Assembly (NCBI GenBank): GCA_044892525.1
Contig: CM097885.1
Location: 23,686,001-23,746,000, forward strand
Direction of reading: 5' to 3'
Length of the DNA: 60,000 nucleotides
Source of the DNA: Schmidtea polychroa
Lineage: Eukaryota
Shown here: positions 13,513 through 26,484 of the stretch, piece by piece
How the letters are laid out: each line of letters opens with the position of its first letter
How positions within the stretch are numbered: the stretch's first letter is position 1
Made by a program: the position numbers and the translations under genes
The notes under the pieces: model-generated
The model's input: only the letters and a program-made list of their open reading frames with translations
Told to the model about the DNA's origin: nothing
Databases searched by the model: none

Positions 13513-13904
13513 ATCTACAGAAAATTACCTAAAAATTTCTAAAAATTTTAACTTATAAAATTCAAATTACCAACTAGTGGTAAATAAATGCCGAATGATT
13601 AAATTAATAATTTAAAACAAAACCATTTTTTTGAGATTTTCGGATCGGGTATGGATTTTCTAACGTTAACACTTAACTCTAATAAATTTTTCTTTAATTT
13701 ATCTAATTAAAAAGTATATCAATAAATTAAATAAAATTTGGTTATGTTAGAGGTATTTATATTAATTATAATAAATTTGGTAGTATAATAAATTTAGTAG
13801 TTAAGTATTATTGATTTTAAACAAGAACTTTCTGTATGTTTGTTGTGACATCAATTTATAAGCCACATTGGGTACGAACGGGTCTTAATATCTATACTAC
13901 AGAC

Positions 13905-14264
13905 ATGTCTCAATCCAGCTCTAGCAGTGACGAGGGTACTGACCAGCAGACGATCACCCGTCTCCGGACCCGGTACATCTGGTACCATATACATCGGTGG
14001 GGTCAGGGACGGGACCTGGACTGCGCAGATAGAGTAATCCGGACGGGCCCCGAAGTAGATGCCCCGGCGTGGGTGAAGGTGGAGCCGGAGAATAACCGGT
14101 TACAGGAGGCCCGAGATCAAGCGGCCTGGGATGTGGAAGCCGCTCAGATGCGACTCAAGAAGATCGAGTTGCAAATCCGGGCAGAAAGGGAGGGAGTGCC
14201 CTTGGAGGAGTTAGAGGAGGCCACGGTACCCCCGAGAAAAAGAGGGAGGCCCCGCAAAGCGTGA
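13905..14264 (+). CDS. Small unknown protein with a C-terminal AT-hook/NLS (ORF track starts at 13836)
   Basis: GC-rich open frame ending PPRKRGRPRKA; GTATGT..TACAG intron-like segment at 13834-13902 makes ATG 13905 the likelier start; homolog at 57847-58122. Confidence 0.65.
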   Translation: MSQSSSSSDEGTDQQTITRLRTRYIWYHIHRWGQGRDLDCADRVIRTGPEVDAPAWVKVEPENNRLQEARDQAAWDVEAAQMRLKKIELQIRAEREGVPLEELEEATVPPRKRGRPRKA

Positions 14265-14458
14265 TTATCAGACTATAAATAACTTATTTTAGTCATTATA
14301 TCTATAGCACTGCTAGCTTCTAATGTGTATTATTTAAATAAAGGAAATTTTTCTCTTTTGGAGTCTTGCAATTCATAGAGTAAATTGAATAAGTGCAATA
14401 AGGTCGTAACCGGAAATGCTAACGTTAATAAATAATTTACATTTTCATTCTATTCGAT

Positions 14459-14959
14459 ATGAAGGAAACTGACAACTGTTGTGTTTTAGTGTACAAGTTA
14501 ATGGAAAATCTCCGGAAGGATCGGGAGCAGGCCCAACAATGTGCTGACGAACTCCGGGTCCGAGTGGACAAATTGAAAGGAAAATGTCGGGAGTTCGAAG
14601 GGACCTGGTTTAGTCCCGAAGCTATGAAGAAGAAAATAGCCCAGATCCTCCAGCTGCAAACGCAGGGCGCTCAGGACCAAATGGAGATTTGCGCCCTGAA
14701 ATTGCAGGTGCGGGCGCTCGAGACCGAGCGGAACGAGCGGTTTGTGCAAGAATCCGCAGCAAGACAAATACGGCCATTGACCGTGGAACTCGCGGCGATA
14801 TATCCCCCAGCCGCCGAAAATAAGCCCAAAAGAAAACGGCTTGGACGAAACATCCGCAAAAAATTAAAGAAAGCCAGACTGGCTGAGTATGAAAGGCAAG
14901 CGGGTTCGTCGCAAACGTCTACGACGGGATTAACCGGCCCCACCAACCGGCCGAGTTGA
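14459..14959 (+). CDS. Unknown coiled-coil protein with a basic NLS-like tail
   Basis: 166-aa GC-rich ORF in AT-rich surroundings; heptad-like E/Q/L/R pattern; KPKRKRLGRNIRKKLKK. Confidence 0.6.
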   Translation: MKETDNCCVLVYKLMENLRKDREQAQQCADELRVRVDKLKGKCREFEGTWFSPEAMKKKIAQILQLQTQGAQDQMEICALKLQVRALETERNERFVQESAARQIRPLTVELAAIYPPAAENKPKRKRLGRNIRKKLKKARLAEYERQAGSSQTSTTGLTGPTNRPS

Positions 14960-15736
14960 ACTTTTTTGCCGTGTTATTTATTTTTGTAGTGTGTTTTATA
15001 TGCGATGTAGTACTAAAATAATGTTTCTTTTGCTTATTGTTGAAATAATATATATTTTGTAGCGTTAAAATACTGTCTGGTATATTTGATGATTCTCTGG
15101 GAAACGAGAGCTTGTGCGTAAGATTGGGAAAACAATTTTGATAAGGGACCTGAGAAATCGGACACACACTTTCTATCGGTAGTCCGTGAACCCATGGAGT
15201 ACTCGACAATTATAGTGCTTTGATGCGCTCACTTTTTGCGAGTACTCAACTCTTGGTACAGTACCAACGTTGATTACTCAACGGGTACCAAGCGGAAACT
15301 AATGTTGCATGTTGGGTTACGCTGGTAACAGCACTTAATCATTCGACCACCTGTAACCCACCATAATTAATAACGACATGAAATCCAAAATACTCCTTAT
15401 GATTAAGTTTTTGATAAATCAAATTGTCAGGTTTTTCTACTGATTATAATTAAAGATTTTTGAACACAAATAAAAAAATTAATTTAAAAGCATTTGATAA
15501 AATACAATGAAGAATACTTAGTTGGTTGTAAGTAGCTTGTTGTAAGTGTTTAGTGTCCAGTTGTTTGAGAGATAGTACTTGATATCTGGTACCTAGCTGA
15601 TTGTTTCTTGTTGGGATCTAGTTGTTGGCACTAATCTGTTAGTATCTAGTTGTAAGTATCTAGTTGTTAGTACCTAGTTTAAAATATTTAGCAGCTTATA
15701 GTTAGTATCTGATTGTAAATAGTACCTAGATGGTAC

Positions 15737-16733
15737 TGTTGGGGTTATAAAATAATTAAAATTAAAATTGAATTATATTTGTAATTAAAGAAATGAGAGA
15801 AGGGTAAGACTGGTCAAGGAGAGAATTGACAATGCGAAGAAATAAAATGGGTAGAAAGGCTCGAAAAGGTATATCAATATATAGGAAAAGCACAAAAAGG
15901 GTGAATTGAGAAAAATCGATAAAAGATTCATAAATTTGAATTAAAGTCTGGAAAATTGGTCAAGGGTGGAACAGATAGCGGGGAATAACATGATGATAAC
16001 GGAATTTTCAGAAAGTGCTAGGAAGAGTGCGAAAAGATGAGTAAAAGCGAAAAAACAAGAAAATGAAATTAATTAATTAATTAATTAGCTAGTAGAAAGA
16101 AATCCCGAGTTGGGAACACAAAGAGAAAAGTAAACAGAAGGAAGATTTGAGCCAATTATCGTGTCACAATGATTAATGGGAAAAGACCAAGGAAAAGATA
16201 GGGTGTGCAGAAAGACCCGGGCGGGCCATTAATTATCTTTGTTCGCTGGACCATTCGGGATGACAGCCGAAGCTGATATGTGGAATCGAATTTCAAAAAA
16301 GAGATTTGCTCGGCAATAACCATTTGTCATTCCGATTTCGAAGAGTATATAAAGAATGGGAAAATTAGAGCAAACCAACATTTTGCCTCAGCTAGGGACA
16401 CGAAGAAACCGACTTTAGAGTAATCAGGAAGTTAGAGAAACAAACGGATAGAGTTAGGAAATATTTGAGACGTGAGAAGAAAATTGAATTTGAAGCGGAC
16501 CAGATAAAATAGAAAAGTTCAATTAAAAGGGGAATATTGATAAAGATTTTGACAAAGCATCAGTGCCAAGCGGAAAACCGATTAAACTGCTAAAACTCTG
16601 TCGTTGATTATATCTTTGGATTTTGAAAGATTTGTGATTCAAATAAACGTTGGGTAGTTTTTTGTTTTATTAATTACGATAAAAAGGACACGTGGAGTCA
16701 GAGGTTACCGACTTGAATTAATAAAACCCAACA
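15737..16733 (+). mobile_element. Solo LTR (~1 kb)
   Basis: TGTTGGG...CCCAACA termini; 4-bp TSD GTAC at 15733-15736 and 16734-16737; internal TATA-like and AATAAA signals; 3' end resembles the LTR ending at 51557. Confidence 0.9.
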
Positions 16734-17589
16734 GTACCTAGTTTTTAGGTATCTAGTGGTTTGCTGTTTGTTAGAAGTACATAGTTGTTAGTATCTGGTT
16801 GACCTTTTAGATTTGGACAAGAATTTAAGAAATATGCTACTTGCTAAATTAGGAAGAGCTTATTATAAGCAAATACATGATGAATAAATTTTATTAAGTC
16901 TTAAATTGTTATTATTTTATGTGTAGGTATGTAGTTGTTAGTACTTGGTATCTAGTTGTGGGTGAGGACTTAGTTGTTGTTGGTATCTGATTGTTGAATT
17001 AATATTACTATTATTATTATTTCTATTATTTCTATTATTATTATTAACCTTCATCCGTCCCTCGGGTCTTTTTCGACCCGGAGCGATTTTGTTTTGCAAA
17101 TATATCATAAAATATTAATACTACATATATGTAATTTCGTGACTTTGATTTTGTTGATACGATAAACTAATTTTGGAAAAGAAAAAAAATATGATACCTG
17201 GATTATCTCTTGTAAAAAAGTAACACTCCAGTCCCTCGAGTCGAAATGATCCAAGTGCATTTTTGAACAAATTTTTAGAATTCGCGGAGCAAACGATGTT
17301 TATTTTTATCACCTTCTAAGAAGTACTCTTTTCAAGAGACCTTCTAAGAAGTAATTTTTTCAACAAAATTTGACTATAGTTTTCAACAGTCGACTCAAAG
17401 ACGCGGACGAGTGTGCATCAATAATATTTGTGCTACCCGTTTCATCACTTCTCGTTTTTATTGATTTTTTTGCTGGCATAATTTCAAAAAAACTGCATAC
17501 GTTATAACCTTGGTAAGTGTTTATTTGAAAGAAAAAACGTTTTCATTATTTTATTACCCTTACTTACTATTTTGCGTAGAATTGTCATC

Positions 17590-19134
17590 ATGTCAAGACG
17601 AATTGAATATGAAGAATATAATTTACTTGAATTTTCATCGGGAAATGATACCTGCTCAGAGACATCAGATCATATTGAAGAATTGATTGAAACTTCTGAT
17701 AGTGACATAGATGATGAACCTTCTGGATCTATACCATATCTTTCTAAGGATAAAAGTATTGAATGGCAATCAGAGCCCGTCAATCCTCATCAAACGTGAT
17801 TAGAACTACCCCTGAAATCACATAATATGCTATTTCTCGCATATCAACAGAACTCTCTGGATTTCAATTATTGTTTACAAATTCTATAAAAACTATTATT
17901 ATTCAAAATACCAATTTGGAAAGAAATCGCATATATAAAGACGATTGGAAAAATATTTATATTATCAAATTGGACTTTTATAGTTAGCTGGTGTATATAG
18001 ATCGAATAATGAGGCTTTGGAAAATTTATGGCATGAAACAAAGGGTCGACATATATTCAGAGCTACTATGTCACTAAAACAATTCAAAATTATATCAAAA
18101 GTCATTCGATTTGATGATCGTAGTACACGAGCTGCTAGAAGAAATACTGACAAATTAGCTCCAATTCGAGAACTGTGGAATAAATGGGTCGAAATATTAC
18201 CACATCTTTATAATCCGAGCGAAAATATAACAATCGATGAGCAATTGGTTCCATACCGCGGAAAATGTCCATTTCGACAATGCATGCCAAAAAAGCCGGC
18301 TAAATATGGGATTAAATTTTGGGTGCTGTGCGATAGCAAAAATAATTATGTATGGAATATAGATATATACACTGAAAAAGTAGCTGGTGAAGCACCTGAA
18401 AGGAATCAAGGAAGGCGAGTGGTTTTAGATTTGTGCCAACAACTTGAAGGGAGGAATGTAACAGTTGACAACTTTTTCACTTCTTATGAACTAGGTCAAA
18501 TATTACTTTCCAAAAAAAAATACTATGATTGGCACTATTCCAAAAAATAAAACGTCAATTGCTGGAAGTAAAATGCAAAAAAAAATTAATGTGTTGTCCT
18601 TCAGAGTACTTTTCACAAAACAAAAGAATTGTCAGGTGGTTCTGAAAATAAACCTAATATTATATTAGATTATAATGCAACGAAAGGAGGAGTTGATACC
18701 TTAGACAAAATGATAGCAAATTACAGTATTCGAAGAAAAACAAATAGATGGCCAATTATTGTTTTTGCAAATATATTAGATATATCTATATCAAATGCAT
18801 TTATTTTATTTACAGTTGTTTGTCCAGATTGGAATATAAAAAAATCGAAAGCGAATCTTCATTGAAACCGTGGGCGAATTATTGATAAAAAGAACAAATG
18901 ACAAGACGGACCCATTTGTCACGAGCGGATAATTGCGAACAATTTATGTTAGAACAAAAATGCACAACTACATCTCCTTTAGAAGTACCAACAGCAAGGA
19001 TACGTGGTCAAAAAATAGGTAGATGTCACATTTGTCCAAAATCGGACAATAAACATGCATTAGAATATAAATATTGTAAAAGATTTATTTGTAAGGCACA
19101 TTCCTATAACGTATGTAATAAATGTAATAAATAA
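17590..19134 (+). pseudogene. piggyBac (PGBD4-like) transposase, frameshifted
   Basis: Motifs ITIDEQLVPYRGKCPF, KPAKYGIKFW, VTVDNFFTS, YNATKGGVDTLD and a C-terminal Cys-rich domain, split over several ORFs. Confidence 0.93.
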
Positions 19135-19158
19135 ATAATAAACAGATAAATCGCTCTT

Positions 19159-20067
19159 CAGAGCCGGATCTATGGGGGGGGGGGGTGCAAAGGATGCGAT
19201 GCACCCGGGCCCCCTCTCAAAAGGGCCCCGCCAAACACTTTTATCTTTCCACTTTTTTTTATTTATATTTTTAAAAAAATTGCACTCATTTTCCATTTTT
19301 TATAATTTTTTTTTTGACAAAAAATAAAAAAAAGATAAAATTATTTTTCCAAAATAGACATTACTTTTTTTCGAAAATGGTTGTTGTAATATTTCTGCAG
19401 CTGTATGAAAATATAGCAAAGAAAATTCTTCGATTCAATGTTTAATGGGTAGGGAAATTTTTAAATTAGATCTAGCATCACTGTTTGTTGCAAATACGTC
19501 AAAATTAAATTATTCCGCCATTTTCAAACAGCAAAAAGCAAAAATGTAAATGTGCGTCTGTTTTTTTTACTAAAAATAATTAATTTAAAAAGTGATTTAT
19601 ATTAAAATTATAAAATTACTTGTATTTTGTTTTAAATATTTGTGCAAAACTACTAACGTTTATTTGATTTGTATTTTTTATATGTACATAAATATTTGTT
19701 TTTGAATAGAAGTTTTATATTAATATATTATTTTGTTTGACAACAGCCACAATGTAAGCGTGACCTTTTTTTTCTAGAAGAAATAATTAATTTAAAAGCA
19801 ATATTGGTATATTTCTTTTTAGAAAATTGTTTCCGAACAATGGATATCAATTTTATATATCAATATATATGAAGATTTTAAAATATATTGTAAATGATCC
19901 ATTTATCTACATTAATCTACTTTAACTGAAAACTGTCAAATTACTGAAAAGCTACTAAAACATATACATTTATTTTTGAATAATTTTTGAATAGACTTTT
20001 TATATTTTATAAACAACAACCAAAATGTAAGTGTTTCTTTTTTATTAGAAATAATTTATGTATTTAA

Positions 20068-20103
<36 letters not shown>

Positions 20104-23100
20104 TATATATATTTATATTTATATTTATACATATTTATATTAAAACTATAAAAATATTTATACATATTTCTTTTTTTAGAAAATATCCCTGGAAAACTAC
20201 TAATGTATATTAGATTTATAGATATACTAATTTTTGAATAAATTTTGAATAGTAATTTTAAATTATTTTGCAAACAACCAAAATGTAAGTGTGAGCCTTT
20301 TTTACTAGAAATAATGAATTTAAAATATTATTATTTTTCTTTTTAGAAAATTTGTTTTAGCATTGGGATATCAATTTTATATATCAATATATGTGAAGAT
20401 TTTAAAATATATTCTAAATGATCCATTGTGAGCCTTTTTTACTAGGACTAGGACTATTATAAAATAATTTAAAATTATTTATATTTTACAATCTAAACAA
20501 CAAAATTATGAAAAGGACTTACTTGTCAGGAGCAGAGAAACGGAAAATATCAGAACGCAAGCAAATCGAAGACAAAAAGCAGCGTTTCAGTTTGAAATCG
20601 TGGTGTCAAAAAAGTTTAGTTCAAGTAAGGTTCCAGTAAGATACGATGAAACAGAAACTCAAAATATTATATCTGTGGATGAATATGAAAATAACAATCA
20701 TACCATAATAGATTTACCGTCACCGATTAGTATTTCTGTTGAAAAAAACAAAAACCCTACCACAGACGATTTGGCGACTAGTACCGTGAATGATTATTTG
20801 TCAGATAATGAACTTCTGGTATCTCCATATGAAGGCAATAATAATAATGTTAGTTTAGATGTAAATACGTTTAGTACTGATCCGAATGATTGGGCATTTC
20901 CGACATCTTCTGTTTTTAGATCTGCCGTTATTAAGTTAGGCCCAAAACAGATAAGTCTTAAAAACTTTTCAAAGAGTAGTAATGGAAGATCATTTTCCAG
21001 TCATTATTTGATGAGAACGTTAGTAAATGGTGAGAAACAAAAACGAACTTGGCTTCTTTATTTGACCGTTAGAAATGAAGTGTTTTGCTTTTGTTGTTTC
21101 TTGTTTGGAACTGAATCAGAAAAAGAAAATCGTTTCATTAAAGGATACAATAAGTGGCAAAAATTATCAGATATTATCCAAAAGCATGAAACTGGAAGTT
21201 TTCATATAAATTGTTTCCTGAAATGGAAAAAATTAGAAGATAATTTAAAAAATGATAACTACAATTGATCAGCTTCTAATTTCATCAATAAATAAGAGGA
21301 AACAAGAACTTATTCAGATTCAAAGCAGAATTTTAGATGCTATTATCTTTTTGGCCGAACATAATTTAGCTTTTAGAGGTACTAGCGAAAACATTGGAAG
21401 TCCGAAAAATGGTAATTTTTTAGGTTTAATTGAATTTTTAGCCAAATATGATACGATACTGAACGATCATCTTGAAAAAATTAAATCTAAAAAAATACAT
21501 ATCCACTACCTTTCTAAGACTATTCAAAATCAGTTTATTGTATTACTGGCTAATGAGATATCTAAAAAATAATTTCAAAAGTCAGAGTCCAAACATTTCA
21601 GTATTCAAGTAGATTGTACGCCTGATATATCCCATAAGGAACAAACTACATTAATTTTAAGATACGTTTTTCAGGATCTCGAAGCAAAACAGTATAAAAT
21701 AAATGTTTTCTAAATGATTAATATTGCGTCTTGTTGAGTGTGACCAGTACCCTTGCTAGCAATACCCATAGGGGGACAGAATATTTTCTAGAGGCTTCTG
21801 ACACAACAGGAGAAGGACTAACTAAATTAATATTATGCGAGCTCGAAAGAAATGGTATTGAAATTCAAAATTGCAGAGGACAAGCTTATGATAATGGTGC
21901 AAACATGAAAGGCAAATACAAAGGAGTCCAAGCAAGAATATGTGATTTAAATCATCTTGCGTTATATGTTCCTTGTTTAGTTCATAACTTTAATTTGCTT
22001 TTATGCGATGCTGCTTCATCCTCTCTACAGTGTAAGAACTTATTTGGAAATTTACAACGTCTTCATCCACTAAAAGTTGGGAAATTTTAATAAAATACGT
22101 ACATATAACATTAAAACCTTTGAGTGAAACTCGTTGGGAGGCCAGAGTCAGTAAAACCTGTAGTATCTCAATTGCCGCTAATACGTGAAGCTTTAGAAGA
22201 ACTAGCAGCAACATCAAATGATTCAAAAACAGTTTCATAAGCCAATGCTATACTAGATTATATCGTAACAATGCCATTTCTTGTATCATTAATTGTATGG
22301 AAAAATATTCTAATTGATATCAATAAAATAAATAAAATGCTACAAGCAGAAGCAGTAGTTCTGAGTGCAGCTATTGGTTTGGTTGATGCAGTGTTAATAA
22401 AACTACAAAACTACCGTTCATCACTTTTCGAGGAAGCTGTTAAAGAAGCTCAAATCATTGCAGAAACACTAAATGTTTCAACAGATTTTCCGGTGATTCG
22501 ATTGCGCAAAAGGAAACGGTTATTTGATGAAATTTGTAGCGATGAAATGCCAGCTGATCCAGTTTTAAATTTTAAGATTTCATTTTTTCTTCGATTAATA
22601 GACATAATTTCATATGAATTAGAAAGCAGATTTGCTGATGCAAAAGCAATTTGCAGCAAATTTAATTTTTTACTTAATTTAAAAAATATATCAGACGTGC
22701 AATTACAAGATTCTTGTAAAGAATTTATATCATTTTATACTGGAGATGTATCCACTCATTTAATTTCGGAAATTTTTTTGATAAAAACTTTTATTCCAGC
22801 AGAATTCGACAGCAAAAATCTTTTGGATGTTTTAAATTTTTTAACACCACAATATTCTGATATATTTCCTAATTTTATAATTGCGTTGCGTATATTTTTA
22901 ACCTTTTCTGTAACTGTTGCTAGCGCAGAGAGATCATTCAATAAGTTGAAGCTAATTAAAACTTACCTTCGTTCTACTATGGCTCAAGAAAGATTATCGT
23001 CATTGGCGTTATTGTCGATCGAAGTAGATGAAGCAAAATCAATAACTTTTAGTCAATTGATATCTGTTTTTGCGGAAGAAAAGGCAAGGAGGCTTAAATA

Positions 23101-23492
23101 AGAGTTATGTTTTTCGTATTTTTATTTTGGATTTTTATCTTAAATAAATTTCTATACTATTTACAAAAGTTCAACAAGTTGCAAATGAATTTTAAGTGCA
23201 ATTTTTTTTATGTTTTTTTTTCGTTATATATTTTTTTGTTGTTTAATTATATTAATATAAATAAATAATTATTTTTTCTCTTAAAAGCTAATTATATTTA
23301 AAAAAAATCAAGTATTTTTTTAATAGCTGTGAATAATAAAAGTAAATAAATAAATCATGTTATTGTATTAATTAAAACTTATTGTTATTTTATTTTATTA
23401 GAAGAATAATTTTTTTTGAATGAATGGAAGAGGGCCCCAAAATCAAAATCGCTTCTTGCACCTGGGCCCCCAAGTGGCTAGATCCGGCGCTG
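19159..23492 (+). mobile_element. hAT transposon (Tip100/ZMYM-DUF4371-like), copy 1
   Basis: TIRs CAGAGCCGGATCTA / TAGATCCGGCGCTG (1 mismatch); 8-bp TSD TCGCTCTT at 19151-19158 and 23493-23500. Confidence 0.95.
20508..23101 (+). pseudogene. hAT transposase, disrupted
   Basis: MKRTYLSGAEKRK start; TTF-type zinc finger (VFCFCCFLF..HETGSFH); LAFRG..GNFLGLIEFLAKYD; RGQAYDNGANMKG; dimerisation motif TVASAERSFNKLKLIKTYLRSTM; frameshifts and an 81-bp foreign insert. Confidence 0.93.
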
Positions 23493-24296
23493 TCGCTCTT
23501 TATTATTCCTAAACAGTCAACTGTTACTAATAAAACTAATTTAATTATTTGCATTTTGTTTCTTTTAAGTCAACAATTTCTATCTGGGTCGAAAAAGACC
23601 CGAGGGACTTTAGTGTACAGTCAATTTAAGGGACGGATGAAGGTTAATAAAATTTGTATTTGAAAATTAATTCATAAAAATTTTGATTTAAAATTTTCAT
23701 TTCTCCAAAGCCGACTATTATTCAAACTTTTGATAATAAATTTAAAATTATTACTTTACTTATTACATTAATTTAAAATTTCTAACTTTAATTTATTTAA
23801 CTTTAAAATTTAGCCTTAAATTGAATTAATTTAACCCTTTATTTACCAAATATAGGCATTGATTTACTTAATTTTAAAATTTATAACTTAATTTATCTAT
23901 TTAACCAATAATTTCACGTGGTTATCTGGTAGTAAGTACTTGGTTGTTAATACTTAGTAGCTGATAGTTGGTATCTATTTGTAAATACTTAGTTGTTAGT
24001 ATTTGGTATTTATTTGTGGATATCTAGCTAGTTGTTAGTTAGTTGTTGAATTATTATTACTATTATTATTAGCAAAATTTGCATTTAAATTTCTCTTTGA
24101 AAATTATTTCATAAAAATTTCCATTTAAAATGGCTCTTTTTGTATTGAAAATTCCAGAAAAAAAGCGTAGCACATTGAGCAATTACGGAACCGTTACGCA
24201 AAAAACAATAACAGGAGCAATGGCCCCTTTGGGGGGACCCCACCGGATGGTCTGCTCCATGGAGTTACTAACTACCAATTATAATGATACGATTTT

Positions 24297-25208
24297 CTAT
24301 ATTAAACTCCACTGAAGACAAGTTAGAAGGTTAATATAATTATCTTGATAATATACAGCCAGTGCCTTTTTCTTCTCCAATAAACGTTCTAGCACATAAA
24401 ACATAGAATCCCATCTCGTTGGAACGTAATTTATCAAGCAATGTATGGGATATGGGTTGCCTGCTGCATCTTGTTGGAATGATTTATGAATCCGTTCAAG
24501 TAAACCATTAGCTATAGACGAATGTAGGAAATGTCTTACAATTTTACGAGACAACGAAATTACATCTGTGATCCCTGGTGCGATTTTAGACCAACATTTA
24601 TTACTAACTGAATCATATGGATATAATACCCAAGATCCGCCATTCTCGAAACACTAGCAGCCTTGACCATACTGAATCCATTATCTCTTACAAGCAAACC
24701 ACGCATTCTCACATGAATTTTAAATTCTTCTAGCAAACTCAATATTGTATTACCGATCAGTTCCCCGGTATGCCTTCCGTTAACACTTCGCATTGCCAAT
24801 ACAACGAATTTTCGCTCCCATTTCTCGTTGATCTGATGCGCTGTTAAAGATAGAAATGAATTCAAATTATCAGTTGTTGTCCACATATCAGAAGTAAAAC
24901 ATATCACTCTTTATCATACATGAGGCCATTAAAAAACAGAAGTTTTCTTAACTTCTCAACAAAAAAAGGTCCCAATATTCTTTAGTAGATTCGTTTATAA
25001 GAATTATATAAAAACGGTAAATATAATGTTCAATATGCTCACAAAACATCTATTTTACTATATAGATAAAAAAGAAGGCTTATGCCTTTATTTTGAATAG
25101 TCTTATTAGAAACACCATTCGTATGTCTTTTTGCCAAAGTCCGAATAGTGAAAAAATTGGAAACTTCGGCCCGATTCAAAGTCCGAATCGAGTTTCGGCT
25201 AGTCCTTA
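24297..25208 (-). mobile_element. Truncated hAT (ZBED-like) relic with its left end, copy 1
   Basis: FTSDMWTT, VRDNG and VPTRWDSMFYVLERLLE motifs; TAAGGACTAGCCGAAAC terminus with CCGAA subterminal motifs on the - strand. Confidence 0.8.
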
Positions 25209-25940
25209 GCTTTCACCTTCCACCTGTCGTCCTAAAATTGTACCTAATGCTAAATTACTGCCATCAGTCATTACGATAAAAAATTTTTTAAATATGGACA
25301 TCTCAATAATTAAAACATCCGACATAAAAAATGTTTTGCAACTTGGGCAGCATATTTGTAGTTACAGTTGTAAAACTTCTGTAGATAGTGAGAATAGTTT
25401 TTCATGTTTTTCACATTATTATAATTTTAAAGTGAAACTGGCATAACTTGGAATTTTTCAACACTTATTTATTTTTTATTTTAAAAATTAACATTAATAT
25501 CAATTATTCATAAATGCAAAATTTTTCGACAAAAATGCAAAATTTTCAATTTTAATGCAAATTATTCTTTGTCCTAGATATTAACCTGTTAATTTCAAAC
25601 AGTTTGATATTTATGAAATAATAAAAATCTCCGACAATAAAATCATTGTAATTTCCTTTATTTTCATTTGCTTTCAGACAATGAGGCACCAATGAGAAAA
25701 TACATGTAAGCGTTTTTGATAATGACGTAATATACATACTTTTGAATAACCTTTTCCGACATAATTAATTTCTTGTGGCGTCAAAAACGTTTTGCACAGG
25801 AGCGCTTCTCGCCTATGGCACGGGACTTCTTTCAGGTTATAAAACAATATTTTGATTTATATTTAACACCCATAACCTTTTATAGCAACCTAAAGGAAAA
25901 CTGCCAAAACTCATGTTAAATACAAAATAAAATACTGATC

Positions 25941-26307
25941 GGTACTTCCGTGTTATCTTACCCCCAAAAATTAAATTATAAAATACAATTAAAATAATAA
26001 TATAAAAAATGAAAGAATACATTATTGATGACGTTATTGAACATTATTGAACATGAATTTATTAAGGCTATCTGTGATTTATGTGATTATGTGAGTTTAT
26101 GTGGCGCAAACGTGTTCTAAGCAACATTGCCGATGTGTTCGACACTATTCTCAAAGACATTGTGGTTTTCTGGCCACCTGGATGACCATTTACAAACTCT
26201 TTACAAACATTTGCTGAGTTTGTAACTGTGATTTAGAAAATAAATATAATAATTATGTGTGTTCTTTTTTAATTTAATTTTTGGGGGTAAGATAACACGG
26301 AAGTACC
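25941..26307. mobile_element. Merlin-like MITE, copy 1
   Basis: 38-bp perfect TIR GGTACTTCCGTGTTATCTTACCCCCAAAAATTAAATTA; 8-bp TSD TACTGATC; 5'-GG termini with an 8-bp TSD fit Merlin. Confidence 0.85.
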
Positions 26308-26484
26308 TACTGATCTTTAGTGTGAAGAACTGAAGATAAAGAAAAGAGAAATTGAAAATGAACTAACTTTAATTGAAAACATTATAATAGAAATTTGAAC
26401 AAAATTTTACAAATAAATAAATCTGCATAATTTTCCAAAGATTATTCTTCCAGAAATTTGGAAAATATACAAATTATATTTTTA

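Larger units (their letters stand above)
17048..23643 (+). mobile_element. piggyBac DNA transposon (defective) with a nested hAT
   Basis: TTAA on both sides; 15-bp TIR CCTTCATCCGTCCCT/AGGGACGGATGAAGG; internal inverted repeat GTCCCTCGGGTCTTTTTCGACCC. Confidence 0.95.

Noticed and set aside
14498..15209. Minus-strand ORFs overlapping the coiled-coil ORF
   Set aside because: Antisense shadows of a GC-rich frame with no independent support
15520..17000. TAGTTGTTAGTATC-like repeats as a telomeric or functional array (also 23920-24050)
   Set aside because: Degenerate low-complexity units that served as insertion targets; not TTAGGG
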